In this document: positions 30,750 through 39,622 of the stretch, piece by piece
Layout: each line of letters opens with the position of its first letter
How positions within the stretch are numbered: the first letter of the stretch is position 1
Assembly (NCBI GenBank): GCA_029259155.1
Contig: JAPDJI010000001.1
Location: 57,377-121,376, forward strand
DNA from: Candidatus Methanomethylicia archaeon
Lineage (GTDB): Archaea > Thermoproteota > Methanomethylicia > Nezhaarchaeales > B40-G2
Length of the DNA: 64,000 nt
Direction: 5' to 3'
Made by a program: the position numbers and the translations under genes
Notes under the pieces: model-generated
The model's database searches: none
Seen by the model: only the letters and a program-made list of their open reading frames with translations
Told to the model about the DNA's origin: nothing

Positions 30750-31280
30750 TTGGGCCTACCAAGCAAGCTTAAGGCTGGCGCATTCACGGTTATAGCGGTA
30801 GTAGTTCTCGTAGTCCTAGCTACGACTTTATCGAACTTTATATCTTCGCCCTGGTACGTTGTAGAATCAAGGAGCATGGAACCAGTTCTCCACGTAGGCG
30901 ACCTTGTAATGGCGGTTCCTGTTAGTCCTGAAGAAATCAGTGCTGGGCCTCAAGGAGACATTATTATCTACCAGCCTCCGGTAGGTAAACCCATCATTCA
31001 CCGGGTTATCGATAAAGCATACATAGATGGAACATGGTTTTTCTTAACTAAGGGGGATAACAACCTCTTTCCTGATCAAGATCCTTACAACCCATATACC
31101 TGGGTCAGTGAGGATCACGTGATAGCTAAAATGCTGTTCTCGATCCCCCTAGTAGGTTTCCCTTTCCTAGAATCTGTGAAGCCCTTCACAGAAACCGTAC
31201 TGATAGTGGCGTTGGCTTACTTGATTTTTACCTCGTTATCTCCTTCGAGGAGCAGGAGCGCTAAGAAGAGTAGAAGATGA
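30750..31280 (+). CDS. Signal peptidase I (Sec11-type)
   Basis: SRSMEP..HVGD, IIHRV and TKGDNN motifs. Confidence 0.9.
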   Translation: MGLPSKLKAGAFTVIAVVVLVVLATTLSNFISSPWYVVESRSMEPVLHVGDLVMAVPVSPEEISAGPQGDIIIYQPPVGKPIIHRVIDKAYIDGTWFFLTKGDNNLFPDQDPYNPYTWVSEDHVIAKMLFSIPLVGFPFLESVKPFTETVLIVALAYLIFTSLSPSRSRSAKKSRR

Positions 31281-31331
31281 AAAATTTATTAAAGGAGATG
31301 ATCATTCATCCACTTAAGAGGGCTGGATGAA

Positions 31332-31886
31332 TTGTTCTCTAAGCCTAAGTACCGTATAGAGAACGTGGTAGCTTCCGTCACTCTCGATCAGACTCTAGAC
31401 CTTAACGTGATAGCTAGCGTAATACCTACCGCTGAGTATAACCCTGAACAGTTCCCTGGCTTAATATACAGGATTGATAGGCCTAAGACAGCCACGCTCA
31501 TCTTTAGCTCAGGCAAAATGGTCTGTACAGGAGCTAAAAGCGAGAAAGAGGTTTACAAGGCGGTGAAGAAAATCATTCAGGAGCTTAAGTCACATAAAAT
31601 CGTGATTCTAAAGGAACCGAAGATACAGATACAGAACATAGTTGCCTCCGCTAATCTTAATGCGGAGATAAACCTTGAGAAGGCAGCTTACTTGCTGGAG
31701 GACGCTATGTATGAACCTGAACAGTTCCCTGGCTTAATATACAGGATGGAGGATCTAGGCGTCGTTCTCCTCCTCTTTAGCTCAGGCAAAATGGTCTGTA
31801 CAGGAGCTAAAAAGGAGGACGATGTCAAGACCGCGGTCAATAGAATATATGAGAAGCTCAAGGAATTAGGCGTGCTTTACATCTAG
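31332..31886 (+). CDS. tbp: TATA-box binding protein
   Basis: Two ENVVAS/QNIVAS...[10 protein letters not shown]...[12 protein letters not shown] repeats. Confidence 0.97.
   Translation: MFSKPKYRIENVVASVTLDQTLDLNVIASVIPTAEYNPEQFPGLIYRIDRPKTATLIFSSGKMVCTGAKSEKEVYKAVKKIIQELKSHKIVILKEPKIQIQNIVASANLNAEINLEKAAYLLEDAMYEPEQFPGLIYRMEDLGVVLLLFSSGKMVCTGAKKEDDVKTAVNRIYEKLKELGVLYI
31443..31812 (+). repeat. Perfect intragenic direct repeats in tbp: 32 bp (31443/31716) and 39 bp (31501/31774), period 273
   Basis: CCTGAACAGTTCCCTGGCTTAATATACAGGAT and TCTTTAGCTCAGGCAAAATGGTCTGTACAGGAGCTAAAA each occur twice. Confidence 0.9.
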
Positions 31887-32030
31887 CTACATCTTTCTGC
31901 CGGCTTCTCTTTGATGTAGAGAGATATGGATCGCTACTCTCTGGTATTCTTCAGATAGTCCGAGTATATTCTTAATTTAGTAAAATCCGGCTTTTTGTCG
32001 TGGTTGACCGATAATTTAACGGTGAATAAA

Positions 32031-32177
32031 TTGACCTTTAAGGAGTCTTTCAAGGGCTTCTGCCATTTCTGCGGCAGAGATATTGTTGAGAAGATACATT
32101 GACTAGAACATCAAGGCAAAGCTCTAGTGTTCTGTAGTGAAAAATGTCTTGAAGATTACTTAAAGCAACAGAGCTAG
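32031..32177 (+). pseudogene. TRASH/YHS-like metal-binding mini-protein with internal TGA (32100-32102)
   Basis: GGTGA RBS plus TTG; MTFKESFKGFCHFCGRDIVEKIH*LEHQGKALVFCSEKCLEDYLKQQS. Confidence 0.65.
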
Positions 32178-32189
32178 TCCTTTTTTCTC

Positions 32190-33113
32190 TTAAACTCTTC
32201 CTGTGATTAAAGATAAGAGCGCCATCCTAACAGGTACACCGAAGCGAGCTTGTTTAAAGTAAGCTGCGTGTTTAGTGGCATCGATCTCTACAGGTAGCTC
32301 TTCCCTTCTAGGCAGGGGGTGTAATATGATAAGGGTATCTTTTACTCCTCTCAGCATAGACGTGGTTAATTTATAAATTCCCTTTACCTTTATGTATTCT
32401 TCCTTGGAGGGAAATCTTTCCTGTTGAATCCTAGTCATGTAGAGGACGTCTGCTTCCCTCAACGCTTCCTCGATGTTTGAGGTTTCTTTCATCCTCAGCC
32501 CTCTACCCACCAGCAATTCTTCAATTTCTGATCGAAGCTTCAGCTGAGGTGGAGATGCTAAGTATACCTCGACGTCGTTATACAATGTTAGTGCTAAAAG
32601 CAATGAGTTTACGGTCCTAGCATACTTGAGGTCTGCCATGAAAGCCACCTTGATACCATCAATTTTTCCCAATAGTCTCCAGATCGTGTAGAGGTCTACA
32701 AGAGCTTGGGTTGGGTGTTCTCTTGATCCATCACCTCCATTGATGACCGGGGCTTCAGCCACCTCAGCTGCCAGCTTAGCTGTGCCTTCAGAAGGGTGTC
32801 TTATCACCATGACATCGCAGTAGCCGTCGATGGTTCTTATGGTATCCTCGAAGCTTTCACCTTTCATCAACGAAGTGCTTTCAACCCCAGAGAACCCGAT
32901 GATAGAGCCTCCTAGCCTGAGCATTGCAGCTTCAAAGCTAAGTCTAGTTCTTGTGCTTGGTTCAAAGAAAAGCGTGGCTAAGATCGTGCCCTTTAAGAGA
33001 TTTCCGAAGTCACTTGGCCGCTCCTCCATAGAACGCGCCACGGTGAAAATTAAATCGAGCTCTTTTCTCGAAAGGTCTAGAATAGAAACTAGGTCTCTGC
33101 CTGTTAATGACAT
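32190..33113 (-). CDS. pyrB: Aspartate carbamoyltransferase catalytic subunit
   Basis: FFEPSTRTRLSF, HPTQAL, RIQQER and HPLPR motifs. Confidence 0.96.
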   Translation of the reverse strand: MSLTGRDLVSILDLSRKELDLIFTVARSMEERPSDFGNLLKGTILATLFFEPSTRTRLSFEAAMLRLGGSIIGFSGVESTSLMKGESFEDTIRTIDGYCDVMVIRHPSEGTAKLAAEVAEAPVINGGDGSREHPTQALVDLYTIWRLLGKIDGIKVAFMADLKYARTVNSLLLALTLYNDVEVYLASPPQLKLRSEIEELLVGRGLRMKETSNIEEALREADVLYMTRIQQERFPSKEEYIKVKGIYKLTTSMLRGVKDTLIILHPLPRREELPVEIDATKHAAYFKQARFGVPVRMALLSLITGRV

Positions 33114-34468
33114 TATCTTCGCCTCATCGCCCTCAACATTAAGCCAAACCCCAACTTACCTTTAACTTCTCCCTCCTCGGCTATAACCTCCCCCCTGAGT
33201 ATGGTTATCCTAGGTATGCCCTTGATCAACCTTCCTTCAAAAGGTGTTTGAGGATGCTTAGAATGCATTTTTTCTGCCTTTATCCTCTCCTCTCTTTTCA
33301 TGGAGACTATGACTAGATCTGCGTCAGCCCTCTCCTTTAAAACACCTTTTCTAGGGTATAGGTTAAGGATCATAGCAGGGTTGGTGGAGTATAGGTTTAC
33401 GAGCTGTTTAAGCGTAAGCAATCCTTTATTGACGCTATCCAGCATTAAACGTAAAGTGATCTCTACACCTGCAAAACCTGATGGGGCTTTGAGAAGGTCT
33501 TTCCAACCTTCTAGGCGTTCTTCAAGCCCGTGAGGTGCGTGGTCACTCGCTAAAACATCTATTAAGCCCTTCTGTATAGCCAACCATAGCGCTTTCCTAT
33601 GACGTCCCCCTTTTACTGGTGGATCTACCTTAGCTAAAGGTCCTGCTTTTTTAAGATCTTTACCAGTCAAGAGTAGATAGTGGGGACATGTTTCGGCGGT
33701 TACCTTAAGGCCTTGTTCCTTAGCTTTCCTTAAAGCTACAACTGATCCTTCTGCGGAGAGGTGGCACAGGTGTATCTTAGCTAAGGTTCTATGAGCCGCG
33801 TTTAAGGCTTTGCGAACCCCACTCCACTCTAGCCTTGCATCTCTAACTTTAGCGTAGGTCGTAGGGTCCGTTAAAGTATACTTTAAGTCTTTTAGCTTCT
33901 TGCGCAAAGCTTCGAAGTTTTCGGCATGAATCAAACACAAGGTATCGTGCTTAGCGGTTTCCTTAAGTATATTGATGATTTTATTGCTAGGTATAAGGAG
34001 TTCCTCGAAGTTAGTGGCCATGTATAGCTTCACGCCGATTGCTCCTAGTCTCAGTAATTCTCTTAGACGATGAACTGTGTGTAGCGAGGATCCGGCATAA
34101 AGGACGTAGTCGATTAAGGCCTTATCCTTGACAGTCTCGAGCTTTTCCTTAAAGGCTTCAGGAGTAATTGCCGGAGGGTTATTATTAGGCATATCAGCTA
34201 TAGTAGTAACCCCGCCACAGGCAGCGGCCATTGTGCCTGTGGCGAAGTCTTCTTTGTACGTATAGCCAGGGTCTCTAAAATGGACGTGCATGTCTATCAT
34301 GCCTGGCAGTACCAGGTCTCCATCAACGTCTAGGTATGCTTCAGCTTTAGGCATGAGGACATCTTTGGATATCTTAACTATTCTTCCTTGATTAATACCT
34401 AAGGCTGCCTCAACCACTTCGCCGTTGAGAAGAAGTTTGCCGCGCTTTACTACTAAGTCCAGGGTCAA
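33113..34468 (-). CDS. pyrC: Dihydroorotase
   Basis: DMHVHFRDPG, DMPN, HAE, ETCPHYL and SDHAPH; lies between pyrE and pyrB. Confidence 0.9.
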   Translation of the reverse strand: MTLDLVVKRGKLLLNGEVVEAALGINQGRIVKISKDVLMPKAEAYLDVDGDLVLPGMIDMHVHFRDPGYTYKEDFATGTMAAACGGVTTIADMPNNNPPAITPEAFKEKLETVKDKALIDYVLYAGSSLHTVHRLRELLRLGAIGVKLYMATNFEELLIPSNKIINILKETAKHDTLCLIHAENFEALRKKLKDLKYTLTDPTTYAKVRDARLEWSGVRKALNAAHRTLAKIHLCHLSAEGSVVALRKAKEQGLKVTAETCPHYLLLTGKDLKKAGPLAKVDPPVKGGRHRKALWLAIQKGLIDVLASDHAPHGLEERLEGWKDLLKAPSGFAGVEITLRLMLDSVNKGLLTLKQLVNLYSTNPAMILNLYPRKGVLKERADADLVIVSMKREERIKAEKMHSKHPQTPFEGRLIKGIPRITILRGEVIAEEGEVKGKLGFGLMLRAMRRR

Positions 34469-34471
34469 GTA

Positions 34472-35221
34472 TTAGCCCCTTGCCTTAACGTAGTTGATGA
34501 CGATATCGTAGGCCTGCCGGCTTAACAGCCCTTTCTTGAGGAGGATGTCGATTGCTTCAGTGACCTTCATTAGTGCATGGAGCCTTACTCCAGCTTTACT
34601 TAGAAGCTCCTCTGCTCCTTGTTCTCGGTCTACTAAGACCACTACATCATTAACTACTCCTCCAGCTTCCCTTACAGCCTCTACTGTCTTCAGAGCGCTA
34701 TCACCTGTTGAAACTAAGTCATCGACGAGCAGGACTTTCTCTCCTCTTCTCAGCACGCCTTCTATGGTTTTAAGCTGGCCGTGGACTCTAAGACGTTTCC
34801 TAACGTAGATGAAAGGCTTCTTTAACTTAAATGCTACTAAAGTCGCGAAAGGTATCCCTGCTGTGGGGACACCTGCTACCTTATCGAAGTCCTCTACTTC
34901 CTCCTTGATGAGCTTGCAATAGATTTCACAGATCTTATTGAACTTTTCAGGGTAACTTGGAATTAACCGCATATCTATGTAGTAAGGACTATTGAGCCCA
35001 GAGGTTAGCTTAAAGGAACCGAAGGATATAGCGGAGCTTTCATGAAGTATTAAGGCAGCTTCTTCAGCTAGTTTAGCCTTAACTTGAGCCCAGCTAGCCG
35101 CTGAGCTGTAGATGGCTGAAACCCACAACAACCTAGCCTTCAGGGGGGATTTAACATTTCCCCTAAGCAAAGAGAGGTCTAAAGCCACAACATTAGCGGG
35201 ACTGGCAGTGACGCAATCCAC
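34472..35221 (-). CDS. pyrE: Orotate phosphoribosyltransferase; true start likely about 35130 or downstream
   Basis: FKLTSG..SPYYIDMR, LLVDDLVSTG and VLVDREQG motifs. Confidence 0.92.
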   Translation of the reverse strand: MDCVTASPANVVALDLSLLRGNVKSPLKARLLWVSAIYSSAASWAQVKAKLAEEAALILHESSAISFGSFKLTSGLNSPYYIDMRLIPSYPEKFNKICEIYCKLIKEEVEDFDKVAGVPTAGIPFATLVAFKLKKPFIYVRKRLRVHGQLKTIEGVLRRGEKVLLVDDLVSTGDSALKTVEAVREAGGVVNDVVVLVDREQGAEELLSKAGVRLHALMKVTEAIDILLKKGLLSRQAYDIVINYVKARG

Positions 35222-36297
35222 ATCACGAAGAGTAAAATGAGCCCCAGTTTCCTAAGATTGCTAAGGGGAGATACGTCATTGAGGGCTCCTGGATGTCCTC
35301 TTAAAGCTATAAAGGCAGCTAGTATGGCCATTACCACGAAGCCTATCACCATCATAATGACTATGAACACAACTGACAGGATTAGGTGAAGCTTTTCATT
35401 GACAGCAGCCCTCAACACGTGTCCTCCATCGAGTTGCCCTACAGGGAAGGTGTTGAGGAAAGTTATCAAGAACCCAACCCATCCAGCCCAAGCTACAGGA
35501 TGAAGGTATATGAGAGAAGCTTCAGTTAGATCAGGGCGTACGAGAGGTATGAGGACTTCATAGATTAAGGGTGTAGGTAAAAACTGTGGGGAGACCCCTC
35601 CTTGCTCCATTTCCTCTATTAACTGAGTTGGGATTGGATAAGAGAGGCTTAAGCCTATAGCTGAGACGATTATGGAGATTAGAAAACCGAAAAGAGGACC
35701 TGAAATACCTATATCGAATAGATCATTTCTACTTAGAGGAGGGCTTTCCTGCATTATCAAGGCTCCTAAGGTGCCTATGGGGAACCAAGGTATGGGAGGG
35801 AAAGGGATGAACAGTGGAGGCGAGGCTTTAACACCATGTACTTTGCAGGCTATTTTGTGCCCTAGTTCATGGATGCCGACTATGCTAACCATAGCGACGG
35901 CGTAGCCTAAAAGATGAGGAAGAGGGTTTAAAGCCACGGTGGGGTCCAGGCGTTGAAGAACCTCGTCAAGAACAGTTATGAGGTAGCCTGCGGCGAGAAT
36001 AGTTCCCAGCGTAGCTATGAAAAGGCTGAGCGCCAAGAGTCTGCCGCGATGCTTACGTCTAGGTAAAGGTATGATCCTTAACGCAACTCTCCCCCTCACT
36101 CTCCTAAGCGTAGGTGTTAAGCCCAGTGGCTGAAGTTTCTCGCATAAGGCCTTGAAGGAGGAATCAAGGTTCTTCTCAGGCTTGATAAAGTAGACGGGCC
36201 AGCCTAGATCCAATATCCAGTCTTCTACCTGAAAGTAAGCTCTAACTAAGCTGTCGAGCTCAGCTATGTGTAGTGCTTGCGTATACAAGTAAGGCAC
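35179..36297 (-). CDS. Site-2 protease (M50) membrane metalloprotease
   Basis: HELGH and LNTFPVGQLDGGH motifs; multiple TMs. Confidence 0.9.
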   Translation of the reverse strand: MPYLYTQALHIAELDSLVRAYFQVEDWILDLGWPVYFIKPEKNLDSSFKALCEKLQPLGLTPTLRRVRGRVALRIIPLPRRKHRGRLLALSLFIATLGTILAAGYLITVLDEVLQRLDPTVALNPLPHLLGYAVAMVSIVGIHELGHKIACKVHGVKASPPLFIPFPPIPWFPIGTLGALIMQESPPLSRNDLFDIGISGPLFGFLISIIVSAIGLSLSYPIPTQLIEEMEQGGVSPQFLPTPLIYEVLIPLVRPDLTEASLIYLHPVAWAGWVGFLITFLNTFPVGQLDGGHVLRAAVNEKLHLILSVVFIVIMMVIGFVVMAILAAFIALRGHPGALNDVSPLSNLRKLGLILLFVMWIASLPVPLMLWL

Positions 36298-36356
36298 CTT
36301 AAAGGCAGCGCTAATGCTATTAAGGCCTGCTTTAAATCCTTTTTGCGGAAGGTGGG

Positions 36357-36845
36357 GTGGGGGGCTCGCAGAGTATATTCTTTAAGCTGCGGGTCTTTGA
36401 GCCAAGAGACCTAGATAGTGTCATATATATCAACAGGACTTGTCTACCTGAAAACTACCCACCTGACTTCTTCCTAATGCACCATCGAGAACACCCTGAG
36501 GCTTTCCTCGTGGCTGAACTTGATGGTGAGGTTATAGGCTACAGCATGAGCCGCGTAGAACATGGTTTCTCCAATTTTAGAAGAGTTTTCGCTAAGAAGG
36601 GGCACGTCATCTCCATCGCTGTCCTGCCGCGCGCTAGGAGGATGGGGATAGCCACTTCGCTTATGACAAGGACCTTGGAGGCACTACGTAAATATGGAGC
36701 CTCAGAAGTATACTTGGAGGTTAGGGTGACCAACGAACCAGCCATAAACCTATACAGGAAGATGAACTTTGAAATAGTGAGGAGGCTCGTAGGCTACTAC
36801 GTTGATGGCGAGGACGCCTGGTTGATGGCTAGGCAGCTATGGTGA
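36357..36845 (+). CDS. N-terminal acetyltransferase (Ard1/RimI family)
   Basis: CLPENY, GHVISIAV...RRMGIA, LEVRVTN and YYVDGEDA motifs. Confidence 0.9.
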   Translation: MGGSQSIFFKLRVFEPRDLDSVIYINRTCLPENYPPDFFLMHHREHPEAFLVAELDGEVIGYSMSRVEHGFSNFRRVFAKKGHVISIAVLPRARRMGIATSLMTRTLEALRKYGASEVYLEVRVTNEPAINLYRKMNFEIVRRLVGYYVDGEDAWLMARQLW

Positions 36846-37954
36846 GGGCCAGCTCCTTGACCGAGTGTAAGCTATGTGGTGTTAAAGACCCCCTAATATC
36901 TTCCCAGCTGGGTCTTTGTCCTAGCTGCGCGAGGAATGGAGGGGCTGAGGCGGTTAAGATAGCACAAGAAGCTCATGCAAAGGTTAGGGCTCGCCTACAC
37001 TTACCTGAAAGAATACCTAAAGACCCTAAGGGTGTGAAGTGTAGTCTATGTAGTAATGAATGCTCCATACCTGAAGGTGGAACCGGTTACTGTGGCCTTA
37101 GAAGAAACGTTGAGGGCAAGCTTGAACACCTAGCAGGCATCGATGTAGGCCTTCTCTACGCTTATTATGACCCCTTGCCCACTAATTGCTGCGCAGCTTG
37201 GTTTTGTCCAGGCTCAAAGGAGAGCGGCTACAACTTAGCTGTATTCTTTTATGGCTGCAACTTTGACTGCCTTTTTTGCCAGAACGCTTCTCATAAGAAC
37301 ATTATCGAGGGCTTCACGGTCACTCCTAGGGAGCTAGCTGAAAGAGCTGGCTTCAGCGTAAGGTGTATATGCTACTTTGGCGGCTCACCTGAGCCTCAGC
37401 TACCCTTCGCCTTGAAGGCTAGCCAGGAAGCTTATCATAAGGCTATCAAGGAAGAGAGGTCCTTGAAAATATGCTGGGAGTGGAATGGTTGCGGCAATAA
37501 AGAGCTCGTTAAGAAAGCAGCTGAGCTTTCCTTGATCACTGGAGGCAACATTAAATTCGACCTTAAGGCGCGTAGCCCCACGCTCAGCATAGCGCTAAGC
37601 GGAGTAGATAACTCTAGAGCTTACGAGAACTTTGCTATGATAGCCAAAGAGTTCTATGATAAACGCCCTCACGACCCTGTTTTGACCGCTACCACTCTCC
37701 TGGTTCCTGGTTATGTGGATGAAGACGAGGTAGATTCTATTGCTAGCTTCATAGCTGACCTCGATGCCACGATCCCTTATAGCCTATTAATTTTCTATGG
37801 AGCATTTGCTATGAAAGACCTACCCGTGACCCCTGTAAGCCAGGTAGTCTCATGTTATCGCGCCGCTAAGAGGCACTTAGAGAATGTCCATATAGGGAAC
37901 CTACACCTCATCGGCCTTAGCTGTATGGCTGAGTTTAAGGCGAGGCTGCTTTAA
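36839..37954 (+). CDS. Radical SAM protein (PFL-activase/AmmeMemoRadiSam-like)
   Basis: GCNFDCLFCQN, FGGSPEP and N-terminal Cys clusters. Confidence 0.8.
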   Translation: MVRASSLTECKLCGVKDPLISSQLGLCPSCARNGGAEAVKIAQEAHAKVRARLHLPERIPKDPKGVKCSLCSNECSIPEGGTGYCGLRRNVEGKLEHLAGIDVGLLYAYYDPLPTNCCAAWFCPGSKESGYNLAVFFYGCNFDCLFCQNASHKNIIEGFTVTPRELAERAGFSVRCICYFGGSPEPQLPFALKASQEAYHKAIKEERSLKICWEWNGCGNKELVKKAAELSLITGGNIKFDLKARSPTLSIALSGVDNSRAYENFAMIAKEFYDKRPHDPVLTATTLLVPGYVDEDEVDSIASFIADLDATIPYSLLIFYGAFAMKDLPVTPVSQVVSCYRAAKRHLENVHIGNLHLIGLSCMAEFKARLL

Positions 37955-38131
37955 CCTACACCTTAGCCAATCCGCTAGCAATAAGGCGGTAGGGATGTAG
38001 AGGACGAAGGCATAAAACGAGGCGTCAAGGTTTAACGGGGATTCTAGAGTTAGCTTAAGGTAGGTGAAAAGGAGAGCTAAGCCAAGCATCATTAAAACCG
38101 GGGTCGGTGAGTGTTTACTGTTTGTGTTCAC
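37901..38131 (-). CDS. Small membrane hypothetical protein
   Basis: Two hydrophobic segments; GGTG upstream of GTG. Confidence 0.4.
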   Translation of the reverse strand: MNTNSKHSPTPVLMMLGLALLFTYLKLTLESPLNLDASFYAFVLYIPTALLLADWLRCRLKQPRLKLSHTAKADEV

Positions 38132-38220
38132 GGCACACCAGCTTATTCAAAACTTAAAAACCCCCTATAACTTCTTTACTGCCCGCTCTCGGCCAGTATA
38201 AGGATTAGCGGCGAAGAGTC

Positions 38221-38520
38221 TTGAGTAAAAAGCAATCTAGGAGTATAAAGGCTGAGGAGGTTAAAGTCTGGCTGCCTCGGCTGACAAGGTACGAGAAAGC
38301 TAGGATAATAGGGGCTAGGGCTTTACAGATCTCCATGGGGGCTCCTGTCCTAATAGCTGTTCCTCCAGAGGGCATGGACCCTATCAAGATAGCTTCAATG
38401 GAGCTTGAGCTAGGCCTCCTACCCATGACAATTAGGCGTAGACTGCCTAATGGGCGCTACCAGGATATCCCTCTTTCATGGCTTCTTAAAGGTCGCCCAG
38501 CGTCTAGGGGTAGTGGGTGA
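38221..38520 (+). CDS. rpoK: RNA polymerase subunit K (Rpo6)
   Basis: LTRYEKARIIGARALQISMGAP...LPMTIRRRLP. Confidence 0.95.
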   Translation: MSKKQSRSIKAEEVKVWLPRLTRYEKARIIGARALQISMGAPVLIAVPPEGMDPIKIASMELELGLLPMTIRRRLPNGRYQDIPLSWLLKGRPASRGSG

Positions 38521-39150
38521 AGGCTCTAAGATCTCTTTAACAAAGTTTTCCTCACGCTCATATACGTGAAGGTTTTTGGAGAAGGCTACGCTAAAGCCCG
38601 GCTCTACGCCTATTTCTGCCGCCATCTCCTCCTTCAATAGTTGAAGCGCTGCCATGTTGGCTGGAAACCCTGCGTAGGCATCCCAGCTCCTAAAGTAAAG
38701 GTAGAAGTTCAGTTTTCCTCCTAGTATCTCAGTGTCTATTACTGTTAGACATGGAGGGTCATCGAGGTCTAGGTCTTGCGGCAGCCTAAGAACCATGGTA
38801 CACTGCCTATCCCCTTTAGCTTCCTTATACCTTTCTATCACTTTCTTTACCTGGTCTACAGGTCTTCTTAACCTCTCTCCATAAGTATAGGTTTCCTCGG
38901 GTTTACGCTCCCCCATGGCTAAGTACTCTAAATAATACTGATAGATATAAGACTGGGTGTATGGGGCCCTTTCATGTAGAAGAGGTCTAAGCTCAGGTCT
39001 CTCAACGAACACCAAGGACGCTATTTTCTTCGTACGCGCCTTTTCAGAGCCTCTTTCTACCTTAAACTCCTCTCCTTCAATTTGGATGAGCTTCAAGACC
39101 TGATACCAAGCGTCAGGTAGAGATAGAGCTTTTACCATATGGACCTTCAA
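38476..39150 (-). CDS. thyA: Archaeal-type thymidylate synthase
   Basis: YTYGERL, DPPCL, FRSWD..AGFPAN and LHVYE motifs. Confidence 0.85.
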   Translation of the reverse strand: MKVHMVKALSLPDAWYQVLKLIQIEGEEFKVERGSEKARTKKIASLVFVERPELRPLLHERAPYTQSYIYQYYLEYLAMGERKPEETYTYGERLRRPVDQVKKVIERYKEAKGDRQCTMVLRLPQDLDLDDPPCLTVIDTEILGGKLNFYLYFRSWDAYAGFPANMAALQLLKEEMAAEIGVEPGFSVAFSKNLHVYEREENFVKEILEPSPTTPRRWATFKKP

Positions 39151-39536
39151 GTGCTCCCCTCACCAACCTTAAATTTGAGACTGCCTCCTTTAACTACCAC
39201 TTCTACTTCGTCGCTTATGTCTGGTTTAGGCTCTAAACGCTCCCACTCATCATCGGTGAGCCATAAGGTAACCCTATGAAAAGTGGCCTTACCTTGCCTC
39301 GCGAAGGGGATAGCCTGTAGGACTTGGCTTACGATAGGCATTACTTGCCTTGCCCACTCAGCTCCTTCACGATTCTGGGAAATCATGATGGGTGGCGGTA
39401 GATCTCTCTCCTCGGCCATTTCTATTTTGATACCTTTGCCCAGCACAGGATCATTAAGCAGGGTCTTACTTACTACTACTGCTTTAAACTTGACTTCCAA
39501 AACCACTCCCTCCTCCTCTGCTAGGAGCTGACTCAT
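39147..39536 (-). CDS. Arcadin-1 homologue
   Basis: VVVSK..DP..K.IKIE..EERDLPPP...VMPIVSQVLQAIPF..GK....RVTLWLT.DE resembles Pyrobaculum arcadin-1 as recalled. Confidence 0.75.
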   Translation of the reverse strand: MSQLLAEEEGVVLEVKFKAVVVSKTLLNDPVLGKGIKIEMAEERDLPPPIMISQNREGAEWARQVMPIVSQVLQAIPFARQGKATFHRVTLWLTDDEWERLEPKPDISDEVEVVVKGGSLKFKVGEGST

Positions 39537-39622
39537 TTAAACTTGCTCTGAGTGAAATCACTATATTGCGTAATATATCATCTCCTAGCCTAGAGAGAGG
39601 ACTCGTTTATCATGGTGATAAA

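Noticed and set aside
26057-32102. Genome-wide stop-codon reassignment
   Set aside because: Internal stops are of all three types (TAG, TGA, TAA) and each type terminates conserved genes at expected lengths
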